A program made the position numbers and the translations under genes. A stretch of 63,667 nt of DNA, the filler included, from Octopus bimaculoides (Eukaryota), in assembly GCF_001194135.2 (NCBI RefSeq). It is 7 parts of 6 records of this genome, joined end to end, with 100 filler letters (N's around TTAATTAATTAA, not from the genome) between each part and the next. Parts side by side here need not be neighbours in the genome. Positions count along the whole stretch, not along the records: positions 24,810 to 34,513 come from NC_068983.1; positions 34,614 to 38,734 come from NC_068983.1; 5 more parts are not named here. The stretch is one strand, 5' to 3'. This document shows, one piece after another, positions 26,690 to 37,432 of this stretch. Every line of letters begins with the position of its first letter. The first letter of the stretch is position 1. The notes under the pieces were generated by a model. That model saw only the letters and a list, made by a program, of their open reading frames with translations. It ran no database searches and had not been told where the DNA came from.

Positions 26690-27169
26690 CTGAAAATAGA
26701 CAGCAAAAACTAAATGAACCATTGTAAAGAAATACCGTTTGATACATACAATTGTTTATAGCAAACAAATAACTACTACTTTAAAACATTTTCAGAGGGC
26801 AGAACTTTTCTGGAAAGGGCTACTATATTGTATGTAAGCACTGAAAAGATCCTCTTTCTCTCAATTCTTAAACTAGCAACGTTCTATAAACAAAAACAAG
26901 CATTCCATGCATTTCCGCGATATTGTAAATTAATTTCCTCCTTAATTTTACTGAAATATCTCTCCTACTTATATCATGCTGAAGATTTGGAAACAGAATG
27001 AAATAGTACTCTACAAGATACCCTCCCCCAATTAAAAACTGTAAGATCTTTGCAATGGACTTATAAAAAATTAAATATGTGAACTGTATGTTTCTTCCTC
27101 TTATTCCTTAATTTCAATTTCAAATTTCTAAACCCACCATTTTGGGGGAATGTTTATCTCCCTTATATT

Positions 27170-27570
27170 AACGGTCATAACGAGAGGGAGCCACGAGCAT
27201 ATAAAATATAGTTCTACATGTGATTTTATGGTTTATACCCAGGAAGAAAACACTTCGAGATTTCATAAAAGGAAAGTACATAGTCGGTTCCGAAAGAGAG
27301 CAGTGCAAAATTATATCAAAGAGTGAAGATCTGGTGCGAACGCAAGCAAATTGGTTGGCTTCCGCCAAAGGAACTCCAAGCCTAGATATGTATATAAAAT
27401 TTTTCACTAGGGATCTTGATATCAGAATTATCGTGAATGCCAGAAAGTCAATTCTGGTCCAATTTTGGGTGAAGAAAGAAGGTGATACATTGTTCGATGT
27501 CTTTATAGGTATTTTTGATGGGGCTGAAATCGCCGACCTCGTCGGGTTATACATTGTGAATACCCTCAAG
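27170..27570 (+). mobile_element. Penelope-like RT fragment inside an intron
   Basis: IRIIVNARKSILVQFWVKKEGDTLFDVFIGIFDGAEIADLVGLYIVNTL resembles the PLE RT motif [22 protein letters not shown]. Confidence 0.8.
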
Positions 27571-27911
27571 AGACGTACCCATCCACATTGGTCGGCCTTA
27601 CACGCACACACATTTGTATACATGCGTATGTATGAGCATGTATGTGCGTGTGCGCACACATGTTCGTTAATATATGTGTGTGCGTGTGCGTATGTGTCGG
27701 TGTGTGCGTACACACCCTTGTACAGATGCACACGTTCGCATCAATACAGACATGCACGCAAAAGCATATGAACACGTCTACACACCCACATATACAGTTA
27801 TACACTTACACTACCACCCCTTCCTACTTTCCCTCCGACGACAACCCGACCGATTTCCTGTCCACCACGCGGTCGATTTCTTGTGATAGACAGATAAATA
27901 GATACACAGAC

Positions 27912-27943
<32 letters not shown>

Positions 27944-28055
27944 CATGCATTCAAAGAAACATATACATACACACATATATAAAAAGGGGTGAGATGATGA
28001 TGGTGGCGGGGGGGTTATGGTAGATAGATGGACAGATAGAAGGACAGAGAGATAA

Positions 28056-28510
28056 GGCGGCGAGTTGGCAGAAACGTTAGCACGCCGGGCGAAATGCTTA
28101 GCGGTATTTCGTCTACCGTTACGTTCTGAGTTCAAATTCCGCCGAGGTCGACTTTGTCTTTCATCCTTTCGCGGTCGATAAATTAAGTACCAGTTACGCA
28201 CTGGGGTCGATGTAATCGACTTAATCCCTTTGTCTGTCCTTGTTTGTCCCCCCCTATGATTAGCCTCTTGTGGGCAATAAAGAAATAAGAAACGTTAGCA
28301 TGCCGGGCGAAATGCTTAGCAGTTAGGGTCTGAATCTACCGTTACGTTCTGAGTTCAAATTCCGCCGAGGTCCACTTTGCCTTTCATCCTTTCGGGAGTC
28401 GATAAATTAAGTACTAGTCACACACAGGGGTCGATGTAATCGACTTAATCCCTCTGTCTGTCCTTGTTTGTCCCCTCTATGTTTAGCCCCTTGTGGGCAA
28501 TAAAGAAATA
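28056..28510 (+). mobile_element. Dimeric SINE family A insertion flanked by a 15-bp direct repeat (probable TSD)
   Basis: Full unit 28056-28290, then a head-less second unit to 28510. AGAAGGACAGAGAGA occurs at 28038-28052 and 28511-28525. Confidence 0.88.
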
Positions 28511-28578
28511 AGAAGGACAGAGAGAAAGAGAGAGAGAAAGACAAAATTAAATAATTAAACAACACGTTTGTTACATAC

Positions 28579-28847
28579 GAAGTTTTAGGCTGCACTTGAA
28601 GTCCTTTTCTAGAAACCTTAATCATACCAGTTGGTGTTGACAGCAAATCATCCTTCTTACCATTACAGTTACCGCAATTACCTTCTACTTTTTCAGCAAA
28701 TGATATTGGAAGTGTGACGTGTGCTTGGTGTACACCATCATATTTTACCGTCAATCCCCAGTCTGTTGTTAGTGATATCCAACCAACAGATAATCGAACT
28801 GTGAAGTCTTTGGTTATTAACGGTAAAGATCTTTCCTCAGAATTCAC
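28579..28847 (-). CDS. Exon encoding the C-terminal half of a VWD (von Willebrand D) domain
   Basis: Acceptor tttatttcag, donor TC|gtatgt, phase 0 to 2 (completes TCT Ser with the next exon). VNSEERSLP..GWISLTTDWGLTVKYDGVHQAHVTLPISFAEKVEGNCGNCNGKKDDLL matches the VWD GLCGNxNG..DD motif. Confidence 0.92.
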
Positions 28848-28894
28848 CTGAAATAAATCGATAAAATATATGATTAGGTCTTTCTATCTTTCAC

Positions 28895-29075
28895 TCGATT
28901 CAGTCGTTAGACTACGGCCATGCTGAAGGCACCGCCTTGAAGAATCTTTAGTCGAACAAATTAACCACAGCACTTATTTATTTATTTTTTTTTTTTAGTA
29001 TCTGTCTCTTTTGCCGAACCACTAGGTTGCGGGGACAGAAATACACCAACACCAACTTTCAAGCTGTTGTGGGAA
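28895..29075 (-). mobile_element. SINE family B 3' half
   Basis: TCGATTCAGTCGTTAGACTACGGCCATGCTG..GCACCGCCTT..CTCTTTTGCCGAACC is the reverse complement of the family B tail. Confidence 0.7.
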
Positions 29076-29084
29076 GACAAACAC

Positions 29085-29129
<45 letters not shown>

Positions 29130-29626
29130 TCATCCATTTTTGTCCCGCACGTCACACTAGGTAAATGAGAACTGTGACCAAGGACGTCTTGTTCAGAAAA
29201 CTCAGCATTTTTTTAAATTATAAGGTCAATGTAAATAAACACTTTATGGTTTTTTATGCTACTCCGAAGAAAGTGATTTACATTTTTAGGTGAAAAACCC
29301 AGAAATATGATGTAATGTACATCATATTTCTGGGTTCTTCTTCAAAAAATTCATTCTACATTCCAGAAAAAAAAATAGTGTAATACTTGCCTGTGTAGTC
29401 AAATTTTACTGTAAAAATGAATCAATATAAATCTTCGAGATTTATAGTTTAAATATTTCATAATTTGTATCTCCTGAATGTCATGTGTGTCATGTAACAA
29501 TGGCCATATAACGAATAAGAAAGGAAAAGTCACAAAGCGACACATATTGGGCGGTGATAAAAGGAAGGGAGATAATCAAATAAGTATTTAGACTTTAAAA
29601 ACAACAAAGAAAATGAATAATACTAC

Positions 29627-29877
29627 CAATATTGTACTGAATGGCAACAGTCGAACGGTGGTATTTTTGAACTTCGTTTCGACTATTCGAGTGACGGTGG
29701 GCTCTGAAATTGAGTACTCCTTTGTTTTTATTATTTTAACTATAAAGTCTGTATAGTTGGTTCCAGGCACGGATTTCACCAACGTTTCACTGCAAGAACC
29801 GTTAAACTGTAACATTTGGTCATCGAATGTCCGGTAAAACATTTTGCCAAACGTCATGCAAGAGCATTCTGGTTTCG
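29627..29877 (-). CDS. Exon encoding the N-terminal half of the VWD domain
   Basis: Acceptor tttctgtcttcaacag, donor TTG|gtagta, phase 1 to 0. (A)KPECSCMTFGKMFYRTFDDQMLQFNGSCSETLVKS..TTVRLLPFSTIL matches VWD C..G..Y.TFDG..F.G.C.Y.L. Confidence 0.92.
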
Positions 29878-29954
29878 CTGTTGAAGACAGAAAAATAAAA
29901 ATAATAGAGTATAAACAGATTATTTATTTATTTAACTAACGTTGTTGTTGTTAA

Positions 29955-30163
29955 TGCGAGGAGCTAGCAAAATCGTTACCATGCCAGGGCAAAATGCTAA
30001 GTAGTATTCCATCTGGCTTTACGTCCCTGTTTCAAATGCCACCGAGACTATCTTTGTCTTTCATCATTTCGGGGTCGATAAAATAAGTACCAGTTGAGTA
30101 TTGGAGTCGGTGTTATCGGCTAACACTTTCCTCCAAGATTTCAGGCCTTGTGCCTTTAAGAGA

Positions 30164-30238
<75 letters not shown>

Positions 30239-30940
30239 CATTATTATTATTATTATTGCTGGTATCGTTCAGGTTTATTGTTATTAATATTGTTTTTGTT
30301 GTGATTTCTATTGGTTTTTTGTTTCTTTTTTGTTACAAGTGCGGCGAACTAGTAGAATCGTTAGAGCGTCGGACGAAATGCCTTGTGGTAGTTCTCTCGA
30401 TTCTTTGTTCTGAGCTCAAATCCTATTGAGATCTTTTTTGCCTTTCATTACTCCAGGGCAACACCCTTCCCTCAAAATCATTGGCCTTGTACCTAAATCA
30501 GAAGCCATTGTTTATTAAAATCAGTGATTTGGCAGAATCATTAAAGAGACGGACAAAGGGCTTTGCAACATTTAGTTTGGGCACTTTATGTTCTGAGTTC
30601 GGATCCTGCCGGGTCCGACTTGGCTTTTCATCCCTCCAGAATCGATTAAATAAAAACCAGTCAAATGCCCAGAAAAAATACTGGCTTAATACCTAAATCA
30701 GAAGTAGAAACTGTTGTTGCTACGGTGGTTTGCAGAATTGTTTCAGTGTCAGACGAAATACTTTGTGGTATTTATTGTGGTACTTTACGTTCTGAGTTCA
30801 ATTTCAGTGGAGGTCAACTGCGTTTTACATTTATTCGTTGTCGCTATAATAAAGTACCAGTCAAGTACAAGTTCCATAGTATCGATTTCCCCACCCGTAA
30901 ATCTGAAACCATTATTACATGAATATGACAGGAGGAAAAT
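29955..30940 (+). mobile_element. Cluster of four degenerate head-to-tail SINE family A copies plus an (ATT)n tract
   Basis: Units at ~29955-30165, 30340-30500, 30520-30710 and 30725-30910, each with the GCAGAATCGTT and TTCTGAGTTC-type motifs. Confidence 0.7.
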
Positions 30941-31217
30941 GACAGAATATTCAAATTAACTTCATTTACTAGTTTATAAAGAGACAAAGTTTACCTTTTT
31001 CGCAACTTTTTCCAATAAAATAAGGAGTGCATTCACATGTGTAAGATGTTCCATTATTTGTACAGCTACCATTATTTTTACAAGGTCTGATGTGACAGGG
31101 ATCAACTGTAGAAGACAAAGGAAGTGAAAGTACTTATAGATCACGAATCTTAGAAATAACGAAATGTATTTCTGAGTTTACACCGAATATAAACTATTTT
31201 ATTAACATAAACTATTT

Positions 31218-31248
<31 letters not shown>

Positions 31249-31356
31249 TTATATATGAGAGAGAGAGACAGACAGACATATACGTATATATGTGTATGTA
31301 AGTGCGTGTGTGTTGCTTCCATATGTGTACGAAGATGTAAATGTGATTAGATGTAC

Positions 31357-31467
31357 CTATGGAACAGTCCTTTCCTCTGTAGACAGGTTGACATTGACAA
31401 CTGAAATCGTCGTTTTTATTTGTGCATGTTCCTCCGTTTTGACAGGGACTGCTAGAGCAAGGTGGTT
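31357..31467 (-). CDS. Exon encoding EGF-like domain 3
   Basis: 111 bp, phase 1-1, acceptor attttccag, donor G|gtacat. PPCSSSPCQNGGTCTNKNDDFSCQCQPVYRGKDCSI has six EGF cysteines. Confidence 0.95.
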   Translation of the reverse strand, partial: NHLALAVPVKTEEHAQIKTTISVVNVNLSTEERTVP

Positions 31468-32957
31468 CTGGAAAATAATTTCAGTGAAATCATGAATTAG
31501 AAGTAATGACTGACACAGAAGAAAATATATTCGATATTTTTACCCTTCAAACTGAAACAACGTTCTGAGTTCAACCCCAACTCTTTAAATTCTTAGTTCA
31601 AACCCCTCCGTAGACAGTTTTACTTTTGAGCCTTTGAGAAAATATAAAAAATATTACTAGTGTAGTCTACTGGATCGGGTGGAACTATTAAAGATTTGGA
31701 CAAAATGGTTTGTGATATTTTTTCTGGGTCTGTATGTTCTGAGTACTCAGGAAAATACAGGAGAAATTTGTGTATCTAGTAGGAAAATGGGGTTGTGTAA
31801 AAGGATGTAAAAGGGAGACAAGGGTAAACCAGCGTAGTATTCTCCCATGAAAATTACATAGCAAGCATGTAATGTAGGGAATCGTTCGCCAACCTGATAT
31901 CGCAAGGAAAGATTGCGCTATTAAGGATCTAAATGTCATGTGCTTAGGCAGACTTAGTGAAATACCTGTGACAGGATAACGTACTGCGAACACTCAGTTA
32001 CTTGTTTGTTAGTCTAACAATACAGCTTTTTACAGTTTTGATAAAACGGTAACGTCTCATGCCCCTTACTGAACCATTTTTGCTTCTTGTTGTTTGCTTA
32101 GTCAAGGGGACAGGATATTATTTACGACAATCATAAACCCTTTGTAATAAGGTAAACCATAGGCTTTCAAGTGCAGTTTAAATATCTGTCAATCGACGTC
32201 ATATATATATATGAAAAAAGTAATAGACTCCCATCACACCGGTAAATCATGTCTGTAATGTACTCACATCGCCTGAAGGGAAGAGAGGCTTTCCGGTGAC
32301 GAAATACAACACCAAAATACAAGTCCTAGGTAAGGTTTTAAACTGCGTCCGGTAGTGGGCTCTTGGTACGGGAGTTCCAGGGTTTTAAGGAGTGTGGAAC
32401 CACCTCTTAGGCACTATTATTACTTGGTCTACATTAACCCGGAGCAATAGCACCTGTGTTAGAGTCCTAGCTATGAGTTAACTAGCATATGAGCCACCTG
32501 CTTCAAACCAGACTACAGCTGCTCCAATGATCGGCGGTGACTTGTTCAGCGAATCCTCTGCAACGATCGATAATCGACGGCAAGGTGAGCTGCTAGGGAT
32601 CACACTGTTCCAAAGTGGGTATTCCTGTGACTGGGGACTACATGTGAACTTGTGATCCCACTGAAATTCCGACATGGACTCCACACGTCAACAACGAATG
32701 ACAAGAATGGCTAAGGCGTCCTTGCCATTCGACATGTTTGCTCTCCCAGTAGGGCATTTGTCAAATTTGTAAGCTGTACTTTTGGGTTGTAGACAGAAGC
32801 ATTACTTTGCCTGTTGGAACGTTAGAGCCGACTGTCGGATGTGATCAGCGTTCGCGAGGGACGTGGTGCAATCGTAATGCGAAGCCGTTTCAACTCACCC
32901 TGAGAGGGTGATGTCACAAGTACAAGGAAGAAATACAACATCGATCATCTGATGTTC

Positions 32958-33118
32958 AATTTATGAAATATACGAACAGTGAGACAGCAAACGAAAATGC
33001 ATCTGTTCATTCTTAATATGCTTTGGTAGATTCACGTGCGAATCTGCCAAAACGTATTAAGAATTTACAGATGTATTTTCGTTTGCTGTCTCGCTGTTCT
33101 ACGTGCATTTCATAAATT
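32958..33118. repeat. Imperfect ~75-bp-arm hairpin (foldback/MITE-like)
   Basis: AATTTATGAAAT..GAACAGTGAGACAGCAAACGAAAATGCATCTG..TTCTTAATA..TTTGGTAGATTC pairs with GAATCTGCCAAA..TATTAAGAA..CAGATGTATTTTCGTTTGCTGTCTCGCTGTTC..ATTTCATAAATT around the loop ACGTGC. Confidence 0.85.
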
Positions 33119-33761
33119 ATCATTCTAGCAGACAACTTCTCGCATCAGCGAACAATTTCATTGGTGATTCCTATTAACAAGAGCTGGCACTTTTACGAGA
33201 TTAATCGATTCCGGCTGTGGGATACCTTTCACCAAGCAGACTTTCAACGAGGTCGAAACACCACGGTGTTTCGGAGTCCTCTTACAACGGTGAACAGGTG
33301 AATCAGGTTTGTTATGAATACACATCACCTAGAAGAAGGAAGCATCCTCCGGTGATGAAAAACAATAGCGGATTCGATATTCACGTTCGAATCTGCCAGA
33401 AAGTATTAAGAATGAATAGTTATGTTATTGAAATAAAGAGTTTTAGATTTTCAATGTGTTTTACAAGAATTTTTATATGAATCAAGTCCTGAAACTAATG
33501 CTATTGCATTTAACTAGAATCTAAATCCTTCGAAAACACTGGCAATTGTCTTCAGTTAACTCGTCTTTAAAAAAATAAGTGAATAAAAAATAACAGGTGT
33601 GTGTTTTATAAGCTTTGTTCCTTATGACTTTTCCTAAATGTAACAATCAATATATATTAATAAGCTGCAAAAGATATGATTAATATTTTAGGATAATTTT
33701 CTATCATCGATATAATCAATAAGTCATTTAAATGATTTGCGGTGATGTTTTTTATACTTAC

Positions 33762-33872
33762 TTATATTACAGACATCTCCTCTGAATCCGTCTCGACACT
33801 GACAACTAAACTCGTATCCATTGTTTTTACAGATTCCATTGTTTTTACAGGGGAAACTACTGCAAGGATCAA
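33762..33872 (-). CDS. Exon encoding EGF-like domain 2
   Basis: 111 bp, phase 1-1, acceptor aaatatag, donor A|gtaagt. DPCSSFPCKNNGICKNNGYEFSCQCRDGFRGDVCNI. Confidence 0.93.
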   Translation of the reverse strand: MILAVVSPVKTMESVKTMDTSLVVSVETDSEEMSVI

Positions 33873-34246
33873 CTATATTTTAAAAAATAGATAAATGTGT
33901 ATATGTACGTATATACATAAGAGGTGAATAATTTGTTGGCTAGTTACTATAAACAAAAGCTCATGCTCTTGTGATACTCAACGGCCCAGCCGTGGGGTAA
34001 CTTCGACTGAAGAGACACATAACTAGGATGAAACAATGCGTTACCAGGAAGTCCTCTTAAACTGATTAATCAGAAGTGTTTAGAACGCTTCTTCGAAGAT
34101 CAAAAACAACAGTGATCAGATATTAACGGTTGAATCTCCCAGAACGTATTATAATAAACGGATAAATTATTCAAATTATTAAAAATAGAACATACGATAC
34201 AATGGATGTCATTTAAACAATTTAGGGTGATGATATTTATACATAC

Positions 34247-34357
34247 CTATAGAACAGACATCTCCTCGAAAGCCGCTTTGACATTGGCATCTAAACTCGT
34301 AACCTTTGTTTATACAAGTTCCATTGTTTTTACATGGAGAACTACTGCAAGGATCAA
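34247..34357 (-). CDS. Exon encoding EGF-like domain 1
   Basis: 111 bp, phase 1-1, acceptor tttattcatacag, donor G|gtatgt. DPCSSSPCKNNGTCINKGYEFRCQCQSGFRGDVCSI. Confidence 0.95.
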
Positions 34358-34372
34358 CTGTATGAATAAATG

Positions 34373-34419
<47 letters not shown>

Positions 34420-35094
34420 ATAGGAAGGACAACAAAAGAAAGAAAGAGACCTCGATATTATGTAAATAGAGGAATTTATCTGTACAGATATATATATATA
34501 TATATATATATATNNNNNNNNNNNNNNNNNNNNNNNNNNNNNNNNNNNNNNNNNNNNTTAATTAATTAANNNNNNNNNNNNNNNNNNNNNNNNNNNNNNN
34601 NNNNNNNNNNNNNGGTAGCGTCGCTAGAGCATCGAACACAATGCCTTGCGTTATTCATCCCAGTTCTCTGCACGCTGAATTTAAATTCTGTCGTGATCAG
34701 CTTCACCACTCATAGCCTCTGTCTAGAGAATTTACTCACAAGGCATTGGTCAGCCCGTGGCTGTAACAGAAGACATTTCTCTAAGTTGCCGCGCAGCGAG
34801 ACTGAACCTAAAACTACGTAGTTGCAAAGCGAGCTTTTTAACCAGGCAACTACGCCTGTGCCTATCGCCATTTGACCACACTGCCATGCAAATACAGGTG
34901 CTGGACAAAATAATAGAAACACCACTTTTTATTCAATTATTTCTTCTATTCTCAATATGACAAATTCAGAACTGTTCTAATTTGTATATGTGTATTTGTA
35001 TGGATTATGTATGACTTGTACTTCGTGAAACAGCCCTCTGTTTGGGGATTTTACTTTTTTTTACTTTCTTGCAGATATAGATATTTTAATAAGT

Positions 35095-35290
35095 TAAGGC
35101 GGCAAACGGGTAGAATCGTTAGAACGCTTAGCGGCATTTTATCCGTATTTACTTTGTCAGTTCAAGTTCCGTCGGGGTCGACTGCCCTTCGTCCTTTTGG
35201 GGTCGATAAAAGAAGTACCACAGAGGTCGATATCATCGATTTACCCCTCCCTCAATATTGCTGACATGGTGCCAAAATTTGAAACCAATA
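35095..35290 (+). mobile_element. SINE family A copy
   Basis: AAGGCGGCAAACGGGTAGAATCGTTAG..GGGTCGATAAAAGAAGTACCA..CAAAATTTGAAACCAATATT. Confidence 0.75.
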
Positions 35291-35417
35291 TTTAAATAAG
35301 TTAATCCGATTTCCAAAGAGAAGAAATTGTTGGAACAGGGATTCATGGAGTTTCGGTTACTAAAACTGCGGAATCGTCTAATGTTTCGAGAGGTAAGTCT
35401 ATAAAAATTATGTTATA

Positions 35418-35830
35418 GGTGTAGGAGTAGCTGTGTGGTAAGTAGCTTGCTTACGAACCACATGGTTCCGGGTTCAGTCCCACTGCGTGGGACCTTGGGC
35501 AAGTGTCTTCTACTATAGCCTCGGGCCGACCAAAGCCTTGTGAGTGGATTTAGTAGACGGAAACTGAAAGAAGCCCGTCGTATATATATGTATATGTATA
35601 TATATGTGCGTGTGTGTGTGTGTGTGTTTGTGTGTCTGTGTTTGTCCCCTCAACATCGCTTGACAACCGATACTGGTGTGTTTACGTCCCCGTAACTTAG
35701 CGGTTCGGCAAAAGAGACCGATAGAATAAGTACTAGGCTTCCAAAGAATCAGTCCTGGGGTCGATTTGCTCGACAAAAGGCGGTGCTCCAGCATGGCCGC
35801 AGTCAAATGACTGAAACAATTAAAAGAGTA
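35418..35830 (+). mobile_element. SINE family B, full-length copy
   Basis: tRNA-like head (A box GCTGTGTGGTAAG, B box GGTTCAGTCCC), central TA/TG microsatellite, 3' CAGTCAAATGACTGAAAC..AAAAGAGTA tail. Confidence 0.92.
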
Positions 35831-35839
35831 AAGAAGTTA

Positions 35840-36799
35840 GCATTCCAAAATCGAGTTCAAGCTAGTAAGCATAATTCTGAACAGAAGACAAAATTCACAG
35901 AGAGACACCGCAAAAAAGTAAAACGTATTAAAAAAAAAACATCTACTTTATCAAAAGTAATAGCAGAGCTGAACCGCCACCATACCAACTCTGTGTCAAG
36001 CAAAACTGTTCAGAGCTAAACCGTCACCTTGCCGACCCTGTGTGTCAACCAAAATTGCTCGCCATAAGCTTCACAAAATTGGACACCAGAGGAGAGTTGC
36101 AATTACTAAACCATTCTTGTCTCCAATTACATTGATAATTACATTGAAAATTGGTGTCTAAACTATAAGAAGTGGTTAATCGCTCAAAGGAACAATGTTA
36201 ATGATTCTGATGAAGTATCATTCATCCTTTTTCTCACTTTGGGGAAAGAAAAGCCTTCAACTCTGACTGTTTGATTCCTACAGGAAAGCATAGAGGCGGC
36301 TCTGTGATTATTTGAGCAGCAAATCACGTAATTTGTCAGCCCTTTAGTTCTTCTACAAACCAGGATTAACGCCAAACTTTATCTGAGTGTTTCGGCTGGT
36401 CATATCCATCCTATGGTACCAACATTGTTCCACGATGATAGCGCAATTTCTCTGACGATAATGTGCCGATTGATACGGCTAGTGTTATTCAAAATTGGTA
36501 TGAAAAACACAAAGGCGAAATGGACTACTTGGCTGGGCACACACAACCCCCGGGTCTCCTATATAACTGAACATCCATGATACATTTTGGAGCAGCAGGT
36601 GAGGAGTCGCTTTCCTCCATCTTCGTGGCTGAAACAACTAAACAGATTTACTTGAAGAATGGTTAAAATTTCAAAACTTTACAAGTCAATTCCACGACTT
36701 ATTAAAGCTGTGTTTGATGCCGAAGGTGGACCCACTTCGTATTAAATCATAAAACTTCCATTTAACAAAGTGGTTCCATTAGTGTGTCCAACCCCCGTA
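35840..36799 (+). mobile_element. Degenerate Tc1 (DD34E-type) transposon
   Basis: Fragments AELNRH..SVSSKTV; SDEVSF..(K)HRGGSV..; HPMVPTLFHDD..; ..LEQQVRSRFPPSS..LLEEWLK. Ends GTGTGTCCAACCCCCGTA. Confidence 0.8.
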
Positions 36800-37332
36800 T
36801 GCATAATATGATTTATACTTACTTCCTTTAAATTGGCGGAAAGTAAGATTTTAAGAAAAATAGTGGAATAGTGTCTAATTTATTGATATATGAAGTTAGA
36901 AAACTTGAAGCTAAAGCCAAATCAATGATATGTAAAGACAGAAATTTGCGTTACGTATACGTTTAGAGAAATAATGAGCTAGAAGTAAAAGCGTAACAGA
37001 GACACAATAAATTAGATGCTGCTGGAATTAAAAATGCTTCCATTTATTACATTCATATATTCAACTGTTCCACATTTCGATTCCATAATTCCTTCCAACA
37101 GATCTCACCATATTAGATAACCTACATATTTTTTATATTTATAACATTATTTTATTTCGCTATAAAATTATTGATTATTTCCATAAATTTTAATTAAAAA
37201 TTCCATCATAATAATTCTGAAAATATTACTTCTAACTTACACATTATTTGTTCTGCGTATGATAGTAATTGTCAGCATCTTTTATCATTTTACTTCATAC
37301 AAGGGAGGGGATGAATTCCGTGGATTGAGGTA

Positions 37333-37432
<100 letters not shown>

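Noticed and set aside
26970-27015. ATCATGCTGAAGA..GAAA resembling the 41891 ribozyme
   Set aside because: No stem II, no stem III palindrome and no matching stem I 3' arm.
28056-30940. Regularly recurring SINE motifs as a CRISPR-like array
   Set aside because: Eukaryotic context; units are 200-bp tRNA-derived SINEs, not short repeats with unique spacers.
31688-31993. 101-aa minus-strand ORF in the EGF2-EGF3 intron
   Set aside because: No domain similarity and no compatible donor; treated as chance.
33985-34050. CTGAAGA..GAAAC with a GGTAAC/GTTACC pair
   Set aside because: Pairing register fits neither a type I nor a type III hammerhead, and stem II is absent.
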